Virus record (IMG/VR): IMGVR_UViG_3300014024_000069 | Span: 123,159 to 187,158 of that record | DNA: 64,000 bases | Direction: 5' to 3' (one strand) | Origin: a virus | Lineage: Duplodnaviria; Heunggongvirae; Uroviricota; Caudoviricetes | Shown here: in pieces, positions 57,855 to 64,000 of the stretch | Position numbering within the stretch: position 1 is the first letter of the stretch | Layout of the letters: each line of letters starts with the position of its first letter | The notes under the pieces: generated by a model | Databases searched by the model: none | Seen by the model: only the letters and a program-made list of their open reading frames with translations | Told to the model about the DNA's origin: nothing | Translations under genes and position numbers: made by a program

Positions 57855-60041
57855 TCACTTTTTGTTGTCTTTTGCGAATCTTCTTGTGAAGAATCGTGTA
57901 AGCGCAGGCTGTGATGGTGGGTTAGTTGAGATATTTGTTTTCCTTAAGAAATACTTCTCATACTCAGTGAAACCACATTGCGTGAGTAGTTTTCCACAGC
58001 GTTGTGCTAGTCCACGAATATCAGGATGCCCCTCTGCGGTCATTGTCCTAATAGTTTCTTCTGGCGACATTTCCCCAGGTACTAGACTTGGGAAACTGGA
58101 GAAAAACGTCACGGGGTACGGACGCATCATTTTTCTTAGCGCATAAACATATTCCTTGGTGGGTAGCTTATTGAAAACAACATGGATTTGCCCACTGTCA
58201 AAAGAACCACGCCCCTGTGCACCATTTTTGATGCTGGACAAAAGACCCTGCAGAGTCCTGATGCTTGTCCCGTCGGGTTCGCTGACCACTACGATGTGGT
58301 GCGCCACATTGTAGGTGAGGATGGTGTCAAGGGATGAGTATTCGCCGCTAGTGAGCGACCCGTAGTCAATGATTACGGTATCGCCTAGTGATGACGCATA
58401 CTGGGCGGATGTGACGATAGCCTGGGCGATGTGGGCTGGATCCCCAACCTCAGAGCCATATACAGATGGGCATGCCAGCACGCGAATGCCGGTCTCTTTG
58501 TCAAGAACATAATTGTCCTCAATTGCCTCTTTGATCATTTGCGAGGTAAATGACCTACCCTCACGCGCAGCGGTGGCACCTATCTCTGCGATTTTCCCAA
58601 TGTGCTTATCGCCAGTTTTGAAAAGGATACTGTTTTTTGGTGACCTGTAGTCACCCTCAATAAGCCACACATGTGGTTTTCTCCCACCATTTTCCTTTGC
58701 TGCTTTATTCCGTACAGAAGATAAAGTGATAGCAAGCCCGTAGGCAATGGTAGACTTTCCGGTGCCACCTTTAGGGCTGGTGACCAGAATGATACGCCCT
58801 TCCTCGCTATTGAGATAGCCCCGGTTAACGATGCCGAATGTCTTTTTCTCCTGCTCGCGTTGAAGCTGAATGATCTGCTCATTGCGTGTGAGATTGCGCA
58901 TGAATGGCGGCAGGTCATTGTCACTGTCGTTGAAAAGCTGCGGGACTTCCTCATGCACATCCGCCCTACGGTGGGCGAAACGCTGGCGGTTATCCTCCGA
59001 TTGCTCACGCCAATTGTCTTCCTGGGCTTGCGCAATGCTGCGCTCGTATTTAGCCTCTTGGATTTGGTCTTGGCGCTGACGGGTCATTTCCTCGTCGTAC
59101 GTAGCACCTTGCATTGGTTCGTCACGTTGGTTATCGGGATTAAACTCTTCTGGTAGCTCATCACCAAAGCGATCAAGCCTTTTGGGTTTTTCTTGCGGCT
59201 TCTCCATGTAGGAGGGCGTGGGCACACGCTGTTCCGCGTCAGCTGCGAGGGTGCGCTCTAGCTCTTTTTCCTCTTCTTTGGTGAGGTTTCCTTCCATGAT
59301 TTTCCGGTTGATTTCACCCATATCGTTCCCTGCCACCTGTTCCTCCCGTGGGTAGTCGTTCACTGGTGGGGTGTGCTGCGGCATGACTGGGTTTTCAGGT
59401 TGAGCGTGGCGCGGGCGTGACGGTTCTGTGGGCTGTTGTTGGGTTGAGAAATCCATGTTTGGGAGGTTGACTTTTGGACCCTCGCTGGAGTTCATCATGC
59501 TAAACATGTTGTCGATTTCTTCATCTGACCATCGTGTTTGCAGCTCAATTTCAGGTGCAGGCTGTTCGCCGCCGAGTCCTGCGATGAGGCGCCGGCGTTT
59601 TTCGGGATCCATCCCCGCTTCCCCTGATGTTGGAGCGTCAGCGTTTTTCCTGGGTGCTATGCCGAGCTGCACCCATTTCTTGATTTCCTCACCATTCAGC
59701 GCATCAAAATCCACATGCTCCCGGTCGGTTTGCTCATACTCCACACCAATACTTGTGAGGGCATCAGCGATTTGCCTCAAGTAGGTTTGCCCGTGCTCAC
59801 CACGCACTGTTATAAGCAGTGATTTCCTGGTATCCCAGCCGTTTTTGTCGTGTTTATTTTGCTCGAAAGACTCAGTTTTGATGTATTCTTCATCTTCCCC
59901 GCCACCGAAAAACCTAATGTTGGCCACGTGCACACTGAGTGCGTTGGCGAGTTCGCGTCGTTTCTTTTCTGATTCGGGTTCATTTGCTCCGACAATGACC
60001 ACCCTGTGGTATTTGATGTAGCGATCTTGGATTCCACTCAT
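57855..60041 (-). CDS. CpaE/MinD-type P-loop ATPase with a long disordered linker
   Basis: ILVTSPKGGTGKST, LIEGD, VIIDYG, VVFNK. Confidence 0.8.
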   Translation of the reverse strand: MSGIQDRYIKYHRVVIVGANEPESEKKRRELANALSVHVANIRFFGGGEDEEYIKTESFEQNKHDKNGWDTRKSLLITVRGEHGQTYLRQIADALTSIGVEYEQTDREHVDFDALNGEEIKKWVQLGIAPRKNADAPTSGEAGMDPEKRRRLIAGLGGEQPAPEIELQTRWSDEEIDNMFSMMNSSEGPKVNLPNMDFSTQQQPTEPSRPRHAQPENPVMPQHTPPVNDYPREEQVAGNDMGEINRKIMEGNLTKEEEKELERTLAADAEQRVPTPSYMEKPQEKPKRLDRFGDELPEEFNPDNQRDEPMQGATYDEEMTRQRQDQIQEAKYERSIAQAQEDNWREQSEDNRQRFAHRRADVHEEVPQLFNDSDNDLPPFMRNLTRNEQIIQLQREQEKKTFGIVNRGYLNSEEGRIILVTSPKGGTGKSTIAYGLAITLSSVRNKAAKENGGRKPHVWLIEGDYRSPKNSILFKTGDKHIGKIAEIGATAAREGRSFTSQMIKEAIEDNYVLDKETGIRVLACPSVYGSEVGDPAHIAQAIVTSAQYASSLGDTVIIDYGSLTSGEYSSLDTILTYNVAHHIVVVSEPDGTSIRTLQGLLSSIKNGAQGRGSFDSGQIHVVFNKLPTKEYVYALRKMMRPYPVTFFSSFPSLVPGEMSPEETIRTMTAEGHPDIRGLAQRCGKLLTQCGFTEYEKYFLRKTNISTNPPSQPALTRFFTRRFAKDNKK

Positions 60042-60042
60042 T

Positions 60043-63000
60043 TTAGAAGATGCCCTCTTCTCGTTCTTTGTCTTCTTGGACTTGTTGTTGTGCTCTCATT
60101 TCACTTTCAATGTCAAGTGCGGTGTGAGCCACACCCACCAGTGTTCCGTTGCCTGCAGCCTGGGTGATTGTGCGCTTGATTGCTTCTTCTCCTTCTTTGT
60201 CTGTTGCACCGAGTGACAGTTCTTTCAGTGGCCACGGACCTGCAATGAATCCTGAAATGTATTTGTAGATGTGATTGACGTAAATTCCGTTGGGAATTGG
60301 TTTATTCCTACCTGGTGTTTTTATCACACCAGCGTTAGCAATATATTCCTCGTACTTTTTGTTCCTTGGAAGACCAGTAACTTTGTAGAAAAGTTCCTTT
60401 TCTATCTCATCTTCCATGTTTGTCTGCATGATGATATATTCACTTGCGTAACTGATGAGGTTTTCCTCAGTGCCAATAAATTCTTTAAGCTCCTGTGTGG
60501 CAAGCACAAGCCTGATGTTTGCCTGCCTCCAGGTTTTAGCCTTGGAGCGAACAATACTCATAGCCATTTCTGAATTTTTCAGAACGTGCGCCTCGTCAAC
60601 GAAAACAACGCCGCCTAGATTCTTGTTGTTTTCAGTGATGGTTGAAGAGGTGAATCGGAACATGTTAGTGACGGATTGGATGGCATCGCGGTTGTCGTCT
60701 GACCACTCATCAGAGTTGCTGGTTGTAGGCATCTCCAGGTCGCTTTCCCATTCAATAAGAACGGGGGCACCACTGTTGATGAGTGATCTCATTTGTTCGT
60801 TTGCCCTGTCGCTCTGTGAGATTGAGGCTCGCCAGAAAACAGACCTTTTCATCTTTGAGTGCACAAAGTCCAGGATTTTATCGTCACTTAGCTGAGGTGT
60901 CCCTTTGCTACGGTTGCCCATAATCAAGTCCCAGGAACATTTGTTGTGCGGCATTTTCGCACGAGCAATCAGTTCAGCTTCCAGGCTGCTTCGACGCAAA
61001 GCGCTCTCTGTGGCATCAGCACCCTGTGTGAGTTGCATAGCGTTAATGATCATTTCCGCAAGCACCTTGGCCACCACTTCACGGTCACGAATGAAAAACA
61101 TTGGATCCATGAGTCCTGGGTATTTCTCCAGGTATTCACGTGACATGTTGATGGTGACCCCGCCTAGCTGGTCAAAGAATTTCTTTAGACTTGAATTAGG
61201 TTTAGGGTTGAGGAAAAACACAGGCGTGCCACCGTAGCGGGTTTGCGCGGCGAGCTGCAGCATCTGCTGAGTGTTTGAGGTCACAGTGTAGTCACCGAGC
61301 AGGAAGGTTTTGCTTGGATTGTCAACGCTAATGCATCGGACGTGCTCTTTTTTCTTGTTCAGTGAGATGCTGCTGATTTGCGTGTAGCTCATGCGACGGT
61401 TGGGCATGTGTTGTACGCCTTTGAACTTTTCGCCAGCCGTCAGGGCACACCTGTGGGGGAACATAGTGACGCGGGCGTGCCCGCTGCCCTGCGATTCAGT
61501 GACGACACGAACGCCGCATGAGCGGGCTAGAAGCTCCATGTCTCTAGTAACGCGGCGATCTTTGATGCTCAGGGTGTAGGTTTTGCGCGTCTTGCCGACA
61601 ACGCTGACGCAGGGGAAATCCATCATGGCTCGCAGTGTGCGGACCCGGATGTTCTCATGAACAGACAGTAGCCTCTCTGGCATGCCACCGTGTTCGTCAT
61701 ACTCTTCCCATGTGGTGTCAGAGGTGTTGGGTTTGGTGCGTTTACGGCACTGTGTGGCGGAGGCATTCGGGAGGTAGAAGATGCCGTTTTTTTCCATCAT
61801 GTAGCGCAGTTCATTAGTGGTGCGGCGCAGCATGAGTGGGGTGTCACAGCCGCCGTTGTCCATGACTTCCGTGACGTAATGCAGGATCTCGTCAACCCGT
61901 TTCATGAACATTTTCGCGCCCTGGTATTCGGTCATGTTGGTGGAAAATTCCACCATTTCCCAAAAGTAGGGGGACGTGACAGCGAAACGGTAGAGGTCTG
62001 GAACGGTTGAACGCAGCCACGCGCGCATTTGACGCGGAGTCAGCATGTCTTCACGGGAGGCTTCCTCCATGAGTTTCTTTCGTTCGGTGCGCACCATTTT
62101 CAGCACGCCCCTAACAGTTGGGGTGGTGTTGCTGTTCAGCCAGTCTTGATGTGCTTTTTCATCAATGACCAGCCATTGGTGTTGTCCGTCAGAGCGGTTT
62201 CTCCTGCCGTCGGATAGTTTCATGTCGTAGACGCTTTGGTGGTACTTGATGGGTGACAGGCTTGTTACCTCAGTGGGTTTGCCGTCCATTCCTACAAGTT
62301 TGTCGCCTACCTGCACGTTTCCGAATGTGGTTACGCCGCCGCCGTAGAGTCTGATTTCCTGGTCGAGCGGCATGGCTTTACCCGAACCAGTTGTTCCTGT
62401 GACCATGACCACGGGTCCGCCGTTGTATTTGTAAGGTCCGTCCAGTTCTGTGTAGATTTCCTTGAATTCGTATCCACTATCGGACAGCCCGATTAACCAT
62501 CCACCTGGTCCGCATGGTTTGGATGAGCGGAAAAGACCACTAAGCGCCAGCACGCCACCAAACATGTTGAGGGTGTTGGGGTTGCGTTTGATGTTGTTGC
62601 TGGGGACGCGGAAAACAGTATCTGGGTAGCACGGCACTGTTGAGCACAATGCGGGGTGTTGGCGGGCAAGCAGCGGCGCCGCCGTCAGACCGTAGGGGGC
62701 AAGGTATTCTTTGAGTTTTTGCGGCTTTCCGGTCACACGGTTAGCGACGATGATTTCAACATTGTCCAGCATCGCATGCCCACTGAGCGCCATGAGGAGG
62801 GCGTATTCCGCGTCGGACAGGCGCGCCTCGGTATCGTTGACTGCCCGGGTGTCGGTGCCGTTGCCTTTCTGTCGGTTTTCCTCTAGTGAGCGGTAGCGCT
62901 GCGCGGCGTTGTCGCGTTTGTTTTCCAGGAGGTTTTTCGCTGCTTTTGAGGAGCGGATTTCACCGCGAATGTTCACGTGCACAGTGTTCGCTGACGGGGC

Positions 63001-63885
63001 GAGAATGGCGTTGCCGAACCGTGTTTCCGCATCATTGAGCGGGTTTTTCATGAACATTGATCCAATGTCCACAGGCTTGATGGCGTGGAACATAATCTCT
63101 CCGTGTTTCGGAGTGAAGATACTCAAACCGTGTTCGGGGGTGCGCATGAGTGAGGATTGCACCTCACGCGGCAACCCGTATTTGTCATCGCCGTCACCAA
63201 ACCAGGCTGTCAGCAGCTCAAAATCCAGTGGGTTGGCAATGAAGTTCAGGGGTTGTAGACCATGCTCTTTGGCGATGTTTGTGACAGTATCGTGGTCAGA
63301 GATGAAGATTTCTGAGCGCACCTCGATACCGGATTTCATGTATTCAATGTATTTGCTGACTTTATTGGCGGCACCGTACACCTCGTGGAAAATGGAACCG
63401 GTTTTCAGCTCGAAACCGATGTATCCGAACCAGCGTGGGCGCCACAGCCCTGGCATGCGTTTGAAATAGTCGCTTTGCGCGGGTGTCATGCCGTCAAAGC
63501 CTTGGATTTTGTTGGTGGCTTCCATCGACAGGGAGATGTGGAAGCGGCGCCGTTGGTCACGCCTAACGGATTCTTTCTCATCTAGGGTACGCCCAATGGC
63601 ATCAATGAGATTCAGCATGAACTCTTGCGACTGCAGCGCCTCGCTTTGGGTGCGGGTCCACTCAGTTTGCACGTTTTCAGGCAGCTTGAAATACAGCCAC
63701 ACACTACCGTCGTAGCCCTCAAAAATACCGTTTGTGCTATAGAAATCATAAGGCTTGGGGTCGCGGAAACCGCCGTTCGCTGTGAAGTCGGGGCCTGCTA
63801 CTCCTGCGGACGCGCCGAGGGTGTCGCGCAGTTTCGCTTTGCCCATGTCGATAAGCGACCCGATCAGTGGCAATGAACTTGACAT
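60043..63885 (-). CDS. virB4: VirB4-like conjugative ATPase containing an intein
   Basis: Walker A GTTGSGK|T split by an insertion; FLNPK; Walker B VFVDEAH; R....LVLATQ. Confidence 0.8.
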   Translation of the reverse strand: MSSSLPLIGSLIDMGKAKLRDTLGASAGVAGPDFTANGGFRDPKPYDFYSTNGIFEGYDGSVWLYFKLPENVQTEWTRTQSEALQSQEFMLNLIDAIGRTLDEKESVRRDQRRRFHISLSMEATNKIQGFDGMTPAQSDYFKRMPGLWRPRWFGYIGFELKTGSIFHEVYGAANKVSKYIEYMKSGIEVRSEIFISDHDTVTNIAKEHGLQPLNFIANPLDFELLTAWFGDGDDKYGLPREVQSSLMRTPEHGLSIFTPKHGEIMFHAIKPVDIGSMFMKNPLNDAETRFGNAILAPSANTVHVNIRGEIRSSKAAKNLLENKRDNAAQRYRSLEENRQKGNGTDTRAVNDTEARLSDAEYALLMALSGHAMLDNVEIIVANRVTGKPQKLKEYLAPYGLTAAPLLARQHPALCSTVPCYPDTVFRVPSNNIKRNPNTLNMFGGVLALSGLFRSSKPCGPGGWLIGLSDSGYEFKEIYTELDGPYKYNGGPVVMVTGTTGSGKAMPLDQEIRLYGGGVTTFGNVQVGDKLVGMDGKPTEVTSLSPIKYHQSVYDMKLSDGRRNRSDGQHQWLVIDEKAHQDWLNSNTTPTVRGVLKMVRTERKKLMEEASREDMLTPRQMRAWLRSTVPDLYRFAVTSPYFWEMVEFSTNMTEYQGAKMFMKRVDEILHYVTEVMDNGGCDTPLMLRRTTNELRYMMEKNGIFYLPNASATQCRKRTKPNTSDTTWEEYDEHGGMPERLLSVHENIRVRTLRAMMDFPCVSVVGKTRKTYTLSIKDRRVTRDMELLARSCGVRVVTESQGSGHARVTMFPHRCALTAGEKFKGVQHMPNRRMSYTQISSISLNKKKEHVRCISVDNPSKTFLLGDYTVTSNTQQMLQLAAQTRYGGTPVFFLNPKPNSSLKKFFDQLGGVTINMSREYLEKYPGLMDPMFFIRDREVVAKVLAEMIINAMQLTQGADATESALRRSSLEAELIARAKMPHNKCSWDLIMGNRSKGTPQLSDDKILDFVHSKMKRSVFWRASISQSDRANEQMRSLINSGAPVLIEWESDLEMPTTSNSDEWSDDNRDAIQSVTNMFRFTSSTITENNKNLGGVVFVDEAHVLKNSEMAMSIVRSKAKTWRQANIRLVLATQELKEFIGTEENLISYASEYIIMQTNMEDEIEKELFYKVTGLPRNKKYEEYIANAGVIKTPGRNKPIPNGIYVNHIYKYISGFIAGPWPLKELSLGATDKEGEEAIKRTITQAAGNGTLVGVAHTALDIESEMRAQQQVQEDKEREEGIF
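61273..62376 (-). mobile_element. Class 3 intein (368 aa) with degenerate LAGLIDADG remnants
   Basis: Starts with Ala (AMPLDQEIRL..G...FGNVQVGDKLVG); block B DGQHQW; block F VRCISVD; block G TVTSN; +1 Thr. Removal restores GSGKT. Confidence 0.9.
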
Positions 63886-63888
63886 AGG

Positions 63889-64000
63889 CTAGTTTGCTCC
63901 TTTTTGCTGGTCTACGGGTTGTGGTGCGGTGCTGATTTTTCCTTCTTGCACGCCTTGTTCCTTGTTGGGGTCTGGCGTGTTTTCTGGGAGGTCGTCAATC
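63889..64000 (-). CDS. C-terminal end of an upstream gene (partial)
   Basis: Open frame ...IDDLPENTPDPNKEQGVQEGKISTAPQPVDQQKGAN* ending 3 nt before the virB4 start. Confidence 0.55.
   Translation of the reverse strand, partial: IDDLPENTPDPNKEQGVQEGKISTAPQPVDQQKGAN

Larger units (their letters stand above)
1..64000 (-). mobile_element. Segment of a large actinobacterial conjugative element (megaplasmid/ICE) with its own replisome
   Basis: All credible genes are on the minus strand. VirB4-, VirD4- and relaxase-like genes co-occur with DnaE/DnaB/DnaX/DnaN-like genes. WhiB and mIHF are actinobacterial markers. No housekeeping or virion genes; boundaries are not in the window. Confidence 0.8.

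Noticed and set aside
1..64000. Prophage
   Set aside because: Phage-like replication genes are present, but no terminase, portal, capsid, tail, lysin or integrase gene in the window.

Overview
The whole 64 kb looks like part of a large actinobacterial conjugative element (megaplasmid or ICE); the SSB looks most like Corynebacteriales SSBs. About 50 densely packed, often translationally coupled genes all lie on the minus strand. The left ~43 kb carries a near-complete, diverged replisome (DnaE, DnaB, a DnaC-like loader, a DnaN-like clamp, a possible HolA, SSB, and a DnaG-like N-terminus running off the left edge). It also holds recombination/repair genes (SbcC/Rad50, DinG, SNF2, Hjc-type resolvase, YqaJ exonuclease, Vsr/DUF559 nuclease), two WhiB-like regulators, an mIHF-like protein, an FtsK/SpoIIIE translocase and a stand-alone Hint-domain protein. 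The right ~22 kb holds DnaX, a second clamp-like protein and a transfer region: Replic_Relax-type relaxase candidate, VirD4-like coupling protein, two large membrane proteins, a pilin-like protein, a CpaE/MinD ATPase and a VirB4-like ATPase interrupted in its P-loop by a class 3 intein. I saw no phage structural genes, tRNA/rRNA, IS elements or CRISPR arrays. The most unusual signal is at DNA level: a polar 9-mer, CCCGGCGCG (14 exact copies found by eye), sits at the edges of 1-2 kb domains of extreme G+T versus A+C strand skew that flip sign although all genes share one orientation. All protein calls come from recognising motifs by eye; no database searches were run.
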